A stretch of DNA of 64,000 nt from Thalia democratica (GCA_965202585.1 OZ241829.1:13330001-13394000); one strand, 5' to 3'. Counted from the first letter of the stretch, positions 1-20,756 are shown. The notes: generated from the sequence alone by a model not told the origin. A program made the numbers and translations.

Positions 1-428
1 AGTTTTAATTAAACTAAAGGTGGTTTATAATAGCTCTGTCCAGTTTTTGGCCAAACAGGCTAGTTTAAATTTGACTTAAAAGAGTGGTAGTGTTGTAATC
101 TCCATGTTTGCGTACTGGACATGTTTCTCATATCTTAATATGTAGCTTTTGGTAAAATTTTCTATGTAAAAAGTATGATCTTTTCATGCATTGGTCAACA
201 AAACTCAACAAAAGCAGATGATCAATTGAATTAAAAACTTAAAAAATTTTCTTAATATAAATCTGCTGTTTCACAAAGCCAACAGAAATATGTAAAAAAA
301 ACGCACTTTTACATAAAATTATATAAAACTACTGCCTTGCAAAACCTTTCCAAAAGCAAACTTATATAACCAGCAAGCAAGGTTTAAAAGTAGTTGAATA
401 TTGTAAACAAATGTAAAAAATATACAAC

Positions 429-851
429 GGGTGCACGACTATTCAAATTCGGACAATTCAAATTCCGACAATTCAAATTCTTAAAAAAAAATTGAAAGGG
501 CCACAACTAAAAAAGTATTGTATATTTGTCAAATATAAAAAATACATATGTAAGTCCTATTAATATCTTCAAGCAATTTTTTTCTTTTTACAAAACATTG
601 AATACTTTTTGGTATATGGTTTAAATAAAGTAAAAAACATAGTTATTTTTAGTAGTTTTAAAATATCTTCACAAGTATTTAAGATTTTGCAAAAAATAAA
701 AAGTGGCTTGTAGATATTAATAAGGTCTACATAAGCATTTTTCATTTTTCTCAAATTTCAATTATTTTTTGAGATATAGTCTTCTAATAATTTTTTTAAG
801 AATTTGAGTTGTCGGAATTTGAATTGTCCGAATTTGAATTGTCATGTAACC
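429..851. mobile_element. Non-autonomous TIR element (423 bp) with about 60-bp TIRs built of 15-bp subrepeats, flanked by a 19-bp direct repeat
   Basis: Left end GGGTGCACGACTATTCAAATTCGGACAATTCAAATTCCGACAATTCAAATTCTTAAAA; reverse complement of the right end GGTTACATGACAATTCAAATTCGGACAATTCAAATTCCGACAACTCAAATTCTTAAAA. AATGTAAAAAATATACAAC occurs at 410-428 and 852-870. Confidence 0.8.
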
Positions 852-1263
852 AATGTAAAAAATATACAACATAAGTAAACTATTATTTTAACCCAATACA
901 AAACTTTTTCTCAACATAATTACACCAGCTATCTTGTGTTTCCACAAATATACAAAAAACTTTATAAAAACTCAATAGAAAAAAGTTCATTTTGTTCTCA
1001 CTACAACAATCAAACAGATATACCAGCAACTGAGGGGGACGTAAAGTTGCTTCATGGTTTAATAATTGGTTAACAAAATACAACATAAATAAATGGTCAA
1101 TTCAATTTATTTCAAAAAATTTTCTCATCATCTAATTTTTAACAAAAAACTTCATCTCAGCATAATGAGACCAACAAACTTATGAAAATTCTCAACAAAT
1201 ATATGAAAAATGTGCATATGTAGATAATAACTTGGTAAAACAATATTGATTTTTCACAAACAG

Positions 1264-7844
<6,581 letters not shown>

Positions 7845-9678
7845 AAAAGAAGAAAATAAAAAAAATTAAATGGTTTTTTTGGAGTAGAAAGTGTGGAGCT
7901 GTTATTGAGGAAAAAAAATTAAAACAATTTTTTATTTAATGATAATAACTTCTGCGAAGGTCGATTGTATAAGCATGATCAAGCAGTTAATGTAGTAAAA
8001 AGTATGTTTTAGTTTAAAAATATTTTTTACCTTTAAAATAATTGACTTGCCTTGAAAAAGTTTTGAAATCGTAGTTAACAAAAATTTATTTTTATTTTTT
8101 GGAATTTAAAATTTCTGGTTTCTGTGGTTTTTTATTTGACAGTTCAACGAAGCTGCAATCTATAAATAGCTATTACATTACAAATAGAAAACTTTTAGCA
8201 GTTCCAAAAAAAGTTTTATTTTAAAAAGTTTGTCTTAATATTATTTTATTTAATCTGTGTGAGTACTATAATAAACTGTACTAAAGCTATTGTTATTATG
8301 TCTCTATTTATGTTTTATTTAACAAACTGTTTTTCAGTTTTCGTACGCTGGCCAGATTATTGTTTTTACTTTTATCGACATAATGATATTTTTTTAGCAA
8401 TTACGACTTGTTTTAATACACTAATTTGTTCTAAAGTTTTATTTTATACATTTACATAATAGTTCATTGTATGATTTTATTTTGATGATTTTTAACATTT
8501 CAATTAAGAGTTTTTACTAGAGTGCGGCTAATTTTTATTTTACTATTTTTTAAGAAAGAAAAGTTATAAAAGTTGAAACTTAGTAAAAGCAAAGTTTTAG
8601 TTTTTATCTGCTGAATAGTAATTTGATATGCTTACATAGACAGAAAAGTTAGGATTAAAAGGTTGTGTAACCTTGAAACAGTATTTATGTGTTTAGATAT
8701 TTTTAACTTTGTATTTATTTTTGTGAAAGGCAAATATTTTTGACTTCTTTCAGAAATTAAAATTAAAAAACACATAATATAGTATTTAATTTTGATTTAC
8801 TGTTTTAAAAAAAGTTTAGATTTAATAAAAAATAAAATTTGCTGTTTTTATCAGGCAAATGAAACCCACTGTGAATTGTAAATATTTTGTTTTGATTGTG
8901 TGATGCTAATAAAAGTAGAAAATATACTTCGTATTTTATTAAAATAATAAATTCTGTGTTTTCAAAATGAGTTTTATGTAGCTCTTATAACATTAACAAA
9001 CTTATGTAAATTTTATTAAGCATACCAGCTCAGTTGTTGTTTTGAATGCTATCATTTTTTAATCTTCTATTTTAAATTTGTAAACCTGTGTGTTAGAGTT
9101 GTCTTTATTTTACAGCTTCCAGAATTTGCAAATTTGAAAAACAAGTTAGTTGTATTAGATATTTTAACTCTAGGTAGTATGAAATTAATTTTTATTCCAA
9201 ATTTATTATAAGTGATTGAAAATAAATTAAATATAAAACATTAAATTTATTTATGAAAACATATTTAGCAAAACACTGTGTTTTTACTAGAAATGCCCAT
9301 TTTACAATATTATTGAAATCTGAATTATCTGCCATGTCTTATGAAATCACAAATGGTCAATGTTTACTGTTTATTTATTTTATTTGTTGTATAGCAACAA
9401 CACAGCAGTGTACACTGTGACAATATTCGTAAATATTTGTTCAGTCCTCATAATTGCTTTTTCATATGACATTTAAATTTTTTCCACCCTCGTACGATGT
9501 CTGTTACTGCAGTTGGAAAAAACTAAACTAGAAAATAGATGTATTAAGAAGTATGACAAGCAAAACTAGTCTTTACTACGTTTGTCTTTAACAATTTATT
9601 ATTTGTGTTTTGCGTCACTTTGATTATGATTTATTAATCATATCTAATGTAATATTTTTATTCTTCTATGCACAATGC

Positions 9679-10013
9679 CAGGGTTACCACTTTATCTTGA
9701 AATCTGGAAAACCTGGAATTTTGAACAAAATCACTATAAAAACCTTTAATTTTAACAACTTTCACATGTTGAGTAGTAAAATTTTGGTTTGACTCAAAAA
9801 ATCTATCATATAAATAAAAAATTTTGTCATCATCAATTTTTTTTTATTAAAAAACTTATTTAAAGTAGCTTAACAGTATCTTTTCAATGTTTTTATACTA
9901 TTTAACACAGTTTCTTACCTTAAACTTAAGTTTAAATTAAAAATAGACCCAAAAATGTGTACTTTTAAAAATTTAAAAGAAATTTCGAAAACCTGGAAAA
10001 AACGGCAACCTTT
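9679..10013. mobile_element. Decayed hAT-like MITE between the two converging 3' ends
   Basis: Ends CAGGGTTACCA and CGGCAACCTTT, resembling CAGGGTTGCCA-type TIRs; flanks CACAATGC and GACAATAC (6/8); subterminal GAAAACCTGGAA near both ends. Confidence 0.45.
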
Positions 10014-10600
10014 GACAATACGGATAGACGATTTTTATAAGTATTATGTTAGTTTACTTTGGAATATAAACTTAATTCTAAAGTATTATAATGTTTAGCT
10101 GTACATCTTTATAGTGACACTAACTTTATATATGTGTTACTTTATATACTATATAAAGTAACATATACTTAATATAAAATTTACTTATCAGAAAAGTAAA
10201 AATGAAACAAGTAAAAGCAAAAGTGATTTTATTAAACAAAATCGATAAAATGATTGCATTAAACTCGGCAAACAATGGTACTAAATAAAAGAAAAGGCAA
10301 AAACATAAAATTGATTGGCTTGCAAAATTTCATGCAATATAAAAAAAATGCTTGTGCTAAAACTTAACCTGTAAAACTATTGGCTTAAAAACTGCAGTGA
10401 AAAAATATTATAAGCAAAAAACTATTTTCACTAAAGCAAGTTAATTTGATTAACAACAATTGTAGGCTTTAAAAAGTGACTAAAAGTAAGGTTTTGAACT
10501 TATCTGCATAAAAAGAACGTAAAATATCAATTCAAAAAAATTTAAAGCAAGTTTGCTGTTGTTTGTAGGCTTGGTGGGGTGTTTTGAGATTGTTGATATT

Positions 10601-13600
10601 TCACTCAACTTTTATTTTGAGCAGTTTCGAGTAATCAGACTTTGAATTTTGGCTTCTCATGTTGAACGATCTCACTCTTACGTCATAATCACCAGGCTCA
10701 ACATCCTTGAATGTTCTGTGAATTTTTATAATAATATTTAAATTAATTTTCTTGTTAAAACTATTTTTAAGCCTTATTGTTTGTATTTCAATCTATTTGT
10801 GTATGTTTTAAGTTAAAAATAACTACAAGTTTTATATAAAAACATTATATTACTTGTTGCACTTATTGTAGTAAACAACGCTTCGTTATGTTGAAATCTG
10901 TTTGTTATAATACTTAAACTAAAATAAAGTTTAATTTTTAAAAATCTGCACGAACTTTTGTTTTCACAACTATATTACCACATTTACATATATTTTGCAT
11001 ATAAGTTTACACGAATTTAAACCGATTTGTGTTTTAAGCATTCTTGGTTTCAAAACTCTAAAGTTTTAACAAGTTTAAATTGAAAATCGATTAAACTAGA
11101 ATTCTTTTACTTCATTCCAACTCTTGGTTTAAGTACTTGGATTTTAAAAAGGTTTATAATTACTTAATTTTGATTACATGTAGCTTATTGTTATATCATT
11201 ATAAAAGATACATTAACTTAGTATTTTTTGTTCTAAAGCTTTGCCTTTTTTTAAAGTTTGAGCAAAACTAAAAAAAAAAACCACACGCTTGAAAACGTTT
11301 CAAATTCAAATATTTTCGTTCGCGTAGTAAAACGCGCAACTTATCAGCGACTCACGTACCACTTGAAAAACAAACTCAAAACCGTCACGCTTCGACAAAC
11401 ACGCGCTCTCTCTCGAAATCGCGCACAAGCAGCTCTCTCTCGAATTGCGAGCTACTACGTGAGAACGCACTCATGGCAGTTTAGTGTTTGTTTTCGATTT
11501 TTGTCGCGCAACCGAGTTCGCTTTGCTGACCCCGAAGCCCGGTTACGTGACTTTGATCACGTGTGAAGGTTGAACATTAACCAGATCACGTGACTATATC
11601 GATATCCAGGCAAACAAAAAATTGATTGTTGTTTGATTGCAAACAAATTTTTACGACTTTGTTGTTGTGTTTTCGTTGTTTAAACTTGGCGGGTCATAAA
11701 AATGCACATTTTGTTGTTATGGCTTAATACTTTAATTACAAGCTCGTTAAAATTATGTTTTGAACTTTGTTAGCTTCAAGGTTTAAAAGTATTTTTTTAG
11801 TTTAGGTCAGAACTGTAAGAAGTCTGTTTTGGAAAATAATTGGGTGGTGTTTTAAGAACAAAAAAATATTTAAAGCAGAAGTGTTGTTATTTAATAAGTA
11901 ATGACTTTTTAACCTTATTTTAAATAATTAAACTTTAGAAATTGTATAAACATGCTTTAAACATTTTTATTAAAGAAGTTGGTAAAATGCTTAAAAAGTA
12001 CTTTAAGTTTGTTGCAATTTTTTTACATGATAAATAAATAAAATAGATTACTTGTAGCTAGAATTATACTTTATAACAAAAAATAATCTAATATTTATTA
12101 ATAGCAACATGTATAAGAATTTTATAAACTCAATTCACAATAAATTTCATAAATTATAAAAAAAATATGTCAACTCTTTTGTTAATCTTTAATTTAAGAT
12201 ATATATAAGGTTTGCTGACCTAAATTTGCAAACATAAACAAGTTATTGCTTACCTAGATCTTTGATAATTTATTTCATCAAGTTTAGTTATTTTTTAAAC
12301 TTATGATTTAAACAGAATGTAATTAATAATTAAAATAAGCTAAACGTATAAAACAAAATCATAACATCATAAAATAGCTAAAAATTGACTCTATACTGCC
12401 CCCTAAGCGATGAAAATAAAAAGGTCTTTTCTAATATTTAGTTGTTGTATTTTCCTACTTTTATGAGGTTTAAAATTGTCAGTACCAAGTGGGAAACTAA
12501 AACAACTTCTGAAAATACTAAAAAATTATAAACAGCTTACAACAATTTTAATAGTTCTTTTTAAGCACCCTTATCTAACAAATAAAGTTTGAAATATTCA
12601 TAAACAGTTCTGAATCAACTAAAAGTATAAAAACTAACTTTTTAGATACTACACTGTTAGTCTACTTTTGTAAAGTTTATAAAAACAATGAAAAACAAAA
12701 AATAATTGTCGACAGTACTAAGTAGCCAAATACATAAAGTTGTTCTAAAAGTGTTAAATTGTTGTAGAAATATAATGGTTTTAAATATATTAAAGAATTT
12801 TAAATTGCTTTCGCAGTTTACTTAAAATTTCTTAATCACATAACCCTTACCTAATAACTAGTACTTGAAATATTTACATACATTAACTAAAAACATAAAA
12901 ACTAACACTAAATACAAATAGTTCTAAATTACTTAAAAATATTAGGCCTATTTGGTTAAGAAATTAAACATCTTTAAGTAGTTTATTTAAAATTTCTAAA
13001 CCATAATTTTACCTAACAACTAAATCTTGAAATATTCACATAATTTTATAAATTTACAAAAACTAACACTTTGGTCTTTTTGGTGCTGCGGACCAGCTTG
13101 ACGAGCAGCATCCTGCCAGGCTTGTACAGCCCCACCCTGTACCCCACTGACGTCACAATGGACAGCGACGGGGGCCGCTGCCACTCTATCGTCACTTGGT
13201 GGGGTTGCGTGCTGGTGGCTTTCACGCCGGTGGGTGGCAGCATGAGCTGCTCCGAGTCGTCCTTGTCTTTGTCAACTGTAAACAAATTTAATTTTTTAGG
13301 TAAATTATTTTTGTAACCATTTTTTTGTTATAATATTTTTATAAATTTTGATAATTTTTTTATTAAATTATGTATAAGCCGATGTTCACGTAAAAATATG
13401 TTTGAAACTGATGTTGAGCTTTTTATGTCGAAAACTTGTAAAGTTGTAAAATTGCGTGTAGACTTGTTTCACAAATATAAATTATTTTAAATATGTTTTC
13501 AAGTAGCAGCTCGCAAGTTTGTTTTTTAAGACTTTATAAATATTGATTTGCAGATTGCAAATTGCAACAGATTGTTTCAAGTCCATGAGCTTTAATCATC

Positions 13601-16600
13601 GTTTCTGTAAACTTTATGTGTGATTAAGTATAAGTAAAGCAATTTAGACTTTAAGATTTGAATTATGTACAATGCATAATCTTAAGTGATATACATTTTA
13701 AAGTGACAGAAAAGTCAATTTAAAAAGTAAACTAAGAATAAAGTTGGTATAAGAAAAGAAAACCGTCACAAACAAACTAACAATTTTTCAGAAGGCTGTC
13801 AGGCGATCGCGACCTGGTCACTTTGGGCGGTTTCGTGGTGACCGTGGTCTCGAATATGATTTCTCCCAGCACCGAGACTGCCTCCACTTGGTACTCTGCG
13901 TCCGAAACCAGTCCTATGAACATCAGGTTTCGGTGCGAAGACCTCCTCGTTACCATGCGCTGAAAGATTAAAATTGCGAAAAGTTAATGGTATACGTGAT
14001 TAAAAATAAAAGTTTAGATTTTTATTTATATCGATAAATAAACAAATAAAAAAGTAAAATATTGTTCAAAAAAGAGGTCAAAAAATAATTAACAAGAAAC
14101 GGACGAGATTTCTGTTGAAAATATTCTAACGAACCGCATTATTTTGTATTTTTTACAATAAAACTGGGTTCAGTAAAATTGTTGTAGTGAAAAATTATTC
14201 TTTAACAACCACCATAGCTTAACCTATTTTAGTAGCTTTTAGTTATTACTTTTATTCAAAGATGTATAAAACAATAAAAAAATCATACAACTGTTTAATA
14301 TTGAATACAAAATAAAACTTGGAAGTCATAGTTGCAAACTGCGGAAAAAAAAATGCGTATAAATATATTTTAATCAAGCCAACATACTTTCTGTATGACT
14401 TTGTAGCCCTGGTACAACGTAAAGCTGGCACCCAGGACATCAGAAGGCCAAGTTTTCCACGAAATTATCACGTGCCTGCTGCCCACCGAGCTCACTGTGG
14501 CATCCAACTTGTTACTTCGAGACTCTGCAATACGAGAATGTTTAAACTTAAAATGTTCAAACTAATCGCTTTGTAGTATTGAGAAATTTATGTTTTCGCA
14601 TTTTTTGACTATAAGTATTACATTGTTTAGCATTTGCTTACTTAAATATTACAAACAACATTTGTATATTTAAAGTATACATGATTAAAAACGATTTCAT
14701 TATTCTTTTTAAACTTATTTTAACTAATTTAAATAAGAGGCTAATATACGGTGGTAAAAAAGAAATAAATTTTAATTATACACAAGTTAAAAATCTAAAA
14801 AGTCATAAATATAATTTTTATATTTAAGCAAAAAACAACAAACTGGTGAGAACAGACGAGACGGCGGTGACCTTCTCAATGGGCGAGTTGTCGTAAGCTA
14901 ATGGGGTTATTGTGACGTTATACCGCGTGTCGGGCCCCAGATTGACGAAGGTGTGGCTCACCCCAACGTGGGTCTTGTTGTGACGTAACAACGGGTAACC
15001 GTCCACCATCTCATCCACGGTCACAATGTACCTGTGTAAAGGTTTGTCGATTAATAATAATAAGAAATAATTAAAGAAAAATAAGAAAAAATGTTAATTT
15101 AAAGGTTTATTGATTAAAGTACTTTGCAATTTAGCAAAAAAAATGTTAGCTTAAAAACTATCATTAATCGAAGGGTGTACATATGTTTATATAAAAGTAT
15201 ATAAAAACCAAAAAACTTGTTTATATTACAAACTTTGATTGAAAAAAAACGATTAAAAAAATAACATAAGTAGTTTTATTTCTCTAACTTATAAGAGTTT
15301 TTTATGTTTAAAAAGTATCATATAATATATAAAAATTTTATTAGTTCGAAAAAATTTCGAGAATCCAAGAATAAAATTATAAAATTTAAGGAGTAATTTT
15401 ACATCTCTCACTTGTGGGAGTCGGGATACCGCAGCCAGGACAACCGGAAGCCCCTGGAGGTTATTTGACTGAAGCTCATCTGGAACTGCCGGTTCTTGCC
15501 GAACCCCTCCGACGCGTCTATTGTGAGGTAGCTCTTCATTGTGACGTAATCCTTCAGGCCACCCACCATCCTTCCCCGCACTCTTGTCTGTACTGGACCT
15601 GATAGAACCCTCTCCAGGCTGGTCACAGTGAAGAAGAGTTCAGATATTTCCTTGCCCATGTCGTTTGCCTGTTTATTCGTTGTGTTTGATTATTTTTGTT
15701 ATTAAAGAGAGGTCAGGTTTAATTATTTTAAATTTACAAAGCAGTTTAAAGCTTTTAATGATAGTTCTTTGTACAGTATTATCTCGTGTACAGTTTTTTT
15801 AAGTCTTACAGATTAAAAAACGTACCTCTTGCATTGAAATTATGGTGTCTCCGTTCACAACGTCAATGAGTTGCCTACCGATCTCGTATATTTCCATGAG
15901 TTGCGTCGGTTTCGTGTCTGAAACAGTAAATTTTGTTCATAAAATAAATAAAAAAATAGTTATGTATATATGTTTAAACTCACAGTCGGCGTATCTGGCC
16001 GAGTAATGGTACAGCTGATGGAGCTTTCTAATCTGTGGCTTGAGCTGCCTGATGTATTGAGCTCTCTGAACCGGTGACGGATCCTTGCTTGGGCTGAAAA
16101 AAATAAACTTATCAGATTGCTTTTAGTTTATTCCGTATAAGTTAAGGTTTAAAACTCACTCGACGCCTTTTACTACCGACTGGTAGAAGTTTCTGATGGC
16201 AGTGTCTTGGGTTCTGCTGCTCATCGATGAACCTCGACCTACAAGTTAACGTTGTTTATTTTAAATTTTTTTTATAAGTTTTACGTTTAAACATCATAAT
16301 TTATTCGTGAGAAATTAAAAAAGAATTAAACGTTAGGTTTTGCAGACATTAAAACTCAAAAGTCTAGATTTTTTTTTTGATCAACTTTCTACTACATTCA
16401 AACAAAATTGACAAACTTGTCCTGACTCTGACCCACTGCGAGGCGGCCATTTCTCCCTTCTTCCGGTCCAACGCGACCACTTTGACGTTGTAGGTCGTGG
16501 ACGGTTTTAAACCGACAAAGTTGTACTGTAAGTTTTATAAAAATTAAAAAAGTTAGAAAAAATAATTAATTTCATTCAGCTTAAAATTTAAAACTAGCTT

Positions 16601-19600
16601 AAATAAAATATTTCACGTTAGCTAAAATGCTTAATGCGAGAGCTTTTTTTAGACCTTTACATTTTTAAAGATTTTTTTCTGTATTTGCGCACTTTTTATA
16701 ATTAAATACTTAATGAACTATAATTAGTTATTCAGCAATCAAAACAAAGCTACTGAATATCATACTCAAAAAAAGTATACTTAATTTTAGTTATTACGTC
16801 ACAAAAAAGATACCTGTTTATTTTTTCAAAAACATAATATAAATTATTTACTTATTTTCATAACAAAAGTCAAACCTGGTTACTTCCGACGTCGGTGACC
16901 TTCAGCACGGGTTTGCTTCCGATGGACAACGTCAGAACGTATTGTGACGTGTACGGGGTCGGTATCCATTGGAGACGGAAGCCCTGTGACGTCAGCCTCG
17001 TCTGGCGGCATCCTCTGATCGTGCCGCCCCTCGGGAATGCTGATCATATATAAAAATTATTTTTTACTTAGTAACTCGTAAAGCTTTTAAACAAAAATTT
17101 ATTCTATTGTTGCGTACTTGCTATTAAATATGCTAAAAGTTAATGAATTGTCTAAGTTAGTTTATTTTTAAATTCTGAACATTTAAAACTAACGTATTTC
17201 AACACTGATGGGTTCACTCGGCACAGCGTCCCCGTACTTACTGTGCGAACTGACCTTAATCGAGTACAGGTCGCCAACTCGCAGCCCTCCCATCCTGTAC
17301 GGAGGCTGAACGTTCCTGTGAAAATATATTTTACCTCAATTGAGAATTAATAAGAACAAATAAGATACAAGTAACGGACTCTATTTTACAAAAATAAAAC
17401 TAAGCATATGAGTGTATATACAACTATTTTTAATTTTTATCTATCATGAATGAATCGTTCTCATTTTAATATCAACTTTTAGTTTTATGCAAACCTGTTA
17501 CGGGGTACATTGTTAAAAAAGTGGGTACATATAAAACTAATACGAATTAAAACTGAAGTAAATAATAACCGCCTCTTGTAACCTTCTACTTCAACATCTC
17601 ATTTTACTTTCATACCTGAACGATCTAGTGGTTCCCTTGTACTGGTTCGTGGCGACGATGGAGTAGTAGAAAGCGTCATCCGCCTTCTCAAAAGTGATCA
17701 GGAGGTACCTGGCGCTCTTCTTTATTATCTGCACGTTCTTCGGCGGATCCGGTAGCAATCGTTCTGTGTTTTTTATTAAAATGTTTTTTATTGGTTCGTT
17801 TATAACCTTCAAGTTTATCATCAAATGGCTTTACTTATAGTTTTTCTAACTGTCTAAAAGAGGGTAAGCTATAAAACCATTGTAAGGTGTTTAAAGAATT
17901 ATAAGTAAAATTTAACTTATAAAACTAAACAACACAAGACATACTTATATACTAAAAAATGTTACCTGTCGAAACTGTTAGACCAAGACTTATTTTTGAA
18001 TTATCTCCGCCGAAGCCAGTAGCCATGAAGTTGATTGTATAAAACTTGTTGTCTTTCAGTCCTTCTATGCTAACTGAATGCTTATCTTCAGTTTGACCGC
18101 TTCAAAAAGTTTAAATTTAGTTATACTTTGTTTTTATTGTTATAAAATTTTAATTAATAAAGACGTTTGAGACTAGATATTTTTACTAGTTAATATTGTT
18201 TGTTAACAAAAATATGTGTTTACAAAAAACCTTTTAGTTGATAGGAGTAAAAATTAAACTCAGCATGCAATGATTAAAAAAGTATCTTTGTTTACAAATA
18301 TGGTATATATAGAAAATATGGTATATTAAAATAGAAAAGTAAAACTTTTAATTTTTACAACATTATGAAAAAACATCCGTTTTTTTACATGGTTTAACGC
18401 TTTAACAGTAATTAAATAGTTTTTATTTTAACTTAGTTAAAAATTAAAACTATTGAAATAAAAATGTTTTCATAATTTTTTATGAAAGTACCAACCTTAT
18501 CTTGCGGGTGGTGACGAGTTCACTGGTGACGTCATCATACACGTATATTGTGTAATAATCAGCATACGTCACCACCGGTAACCACAACTTGATCGAAGTT
18601 GGCGTTTTATCCTGCAGCTCCGGAGCGGCATCCAGCGGTAGTACTGGTGCCGGGTGACCTGTGATTGGTTAATGTGTTACTTGTGCTTGATTGTGATTGG
18701 TTAACATTTGTACTGGTTGGTTAATATGTTGATAAGTGCTCGAATGATAACCGATAAAAACGATGTTTTAAATTTAGAGTATTTAAACTCAAATTAATGC
18801 GTTAACAACTTTTTTAAAGCTATAAAAATAATTATTTGCATTTCGCTACGGGTAAGTTTACGAAACTTTTAAATACACACTGATAACGTGATCTTGTTTA
18901 GTTACATAAAGAAAATTGAACCACTAGTCAAAATCTAAACACAGTATGACAGCGGTTGCAATTTGAAAGTAGAAAATTTCTAGAAAATAATTTAACTATT
19001 TAAAAAGTTGTTTTTGGAGTGTACCGTTTGATTAGAGTTTTTGGCTTTATTTATCTCAAAAAAGAGAAAAGTATAAGTTAATTCAAAAGCAATCAGAATA
19101 ATTAACAATAATAACAATTTCTTAAAACTTAATCTCTCAAAATTATTTAGAATTTAATCAAACTTATATTAAATAAAACATAGTGAAAAACAAACGTGTT
19201 TGGAAAGGTATAGGGTCACTTTCCTTAGACAAAGATTGTCCCGTTAAACTTTGCAGTGTAACTAGATATTTTTTCAATGTTTGCAAGCTATCCACTTTAG
19301 CCGTATTTCCATTAATTACCCTGTAAAAATTTTAATAGTGTTTTTAAAAGAAATAATTCTTTTATAGCTAATAACAAAAAATACTTGTTAAATAATCGGT
19401 TAAACGATAAAAGTATTATAATTTGTTTAAAACTCAATGAAAACAATATAAAACTAAAAACTGTTTTATTTAATAATCAATTCATGGTAATTGAAACACT
19501 TTAGCTAAAAGTTATAACTAATATTTGCAATTGTCCAAAATTCTATGTTAAAAGTATTCGATTGGTAATTGTGGACAAAAGATAAAAAGTTGATAAAGTT

Positions 19601-20756
19601 AACGTATTTGTATACATCTTACGTTTGTGAGACAAGTGCTCCGTTCAGGGCATCAAGAATGTTGACTTGGTAACCATCCGCAAACTTGTTGGGCGTCCAG
19701 GACACTTCAATGTGGTTTGCCATGACCTTTTCAATCACTATGTTTGTTGGTGGGGGGAGGTCAACTGTTTATTTTTTTAGATAAAAACAGTTTTGTGACA
19801 TAAGTAGGTTTGAAGATATATTATTTCATTTAATTGAAAAATAAACTCAAGCTGCTTAAAAAATAAAATTAAACATTTTAATTGAAAAATGAAGTAAAAA
19901 ACATAAATAGTGTTTAGAGCACAGCACAGTTGCAATCTCTTTTTTTATCATCAAGTCATATCTGATATAAACTGACGTGTTTTTACAGTGAAGCCTTCCA
20001 AAGAAATGTGTTCTCCGAAATTTCCGTTAGCGTCAACTCGCATTTTGTACTCGGTGCTCGGAAATAGCTCAGTTATTTTCGTTGTAACCCATTTATTTCC
20101 AAGACTGTTATAAAAGAAACATCATAGCATAAAAGTTGACAAAAAATATTTATATAGTGAATTATATTGTTGATAATTAAAAAAAAAATATATTACCAAA
20201 ACAGCATAAATATTTTACTTAAGTTGTTAGAAACTAAAATAAACTTGGCGACAGTTTATTTAACATTTTTGTTTAATTAAACAACTCAGAACGGTAAAAA
20301 AATAGAAAAAAACCGGTTAAACTGTTGTTACGCTCAAATGTTTCTACCAGTAAAACACAAAAACATCATGTAATTTTATATACACCATACAATAAGTTAG
20401 TTAAGTAATTTATTTTCAAAGTTTCAGTATCAAAAAATTTTGTTATACAGAACTAACAAACTTACAATACAACTTCGTTTGCTGGTATTTCCAGGTATAT
20501 AAATTTTTTAATACGTCACACAATAAATGTTTTATTTTTTTTTTTGTTGTTTTAAAGCTCCTGCATAAGAATAGATTTATAATATACAAGAACAAATAAA
20601 CTCACGATTCAACTTTGTTTGCTGGTATTTCTAGAGACCTCTCCCTTGATACTGTGCCGCCCCACTCATACGTCACCACGTACATATTAGCGAATGAGAT
20701 GCGCGGAAACTTTATCTGCACCCAATTGAAATCGTCCTTCACCAAAGCAATCTCGC
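10601..20756 (-). CDS. C-terminal block of the FN3 gene: 8 divergent FN3 domains plus a non-FN3 insert of about 130-150 aa
   Basis: 19 exons with mixed intron phases. The block ends ...KTKV|TFKDVEPGDYDVRVRSFNMRSQNSKSDYSKLLKIKVE*. No hydrophobic TM or GPI-like tail is present. The donor at 13068 (gttagt) was chosen because it keeps frame with exon 10601-10715. Confidence 0.82.

Noticed and set aside
11258-11566. 102-aa + strand ORF (MSKTKKK...) over the CpG-rich block
   Set aside because: It has a TTG start, no recognisable domain and no splice context. It is better explained as a by-product of a stop-poor regulatory CpG island.
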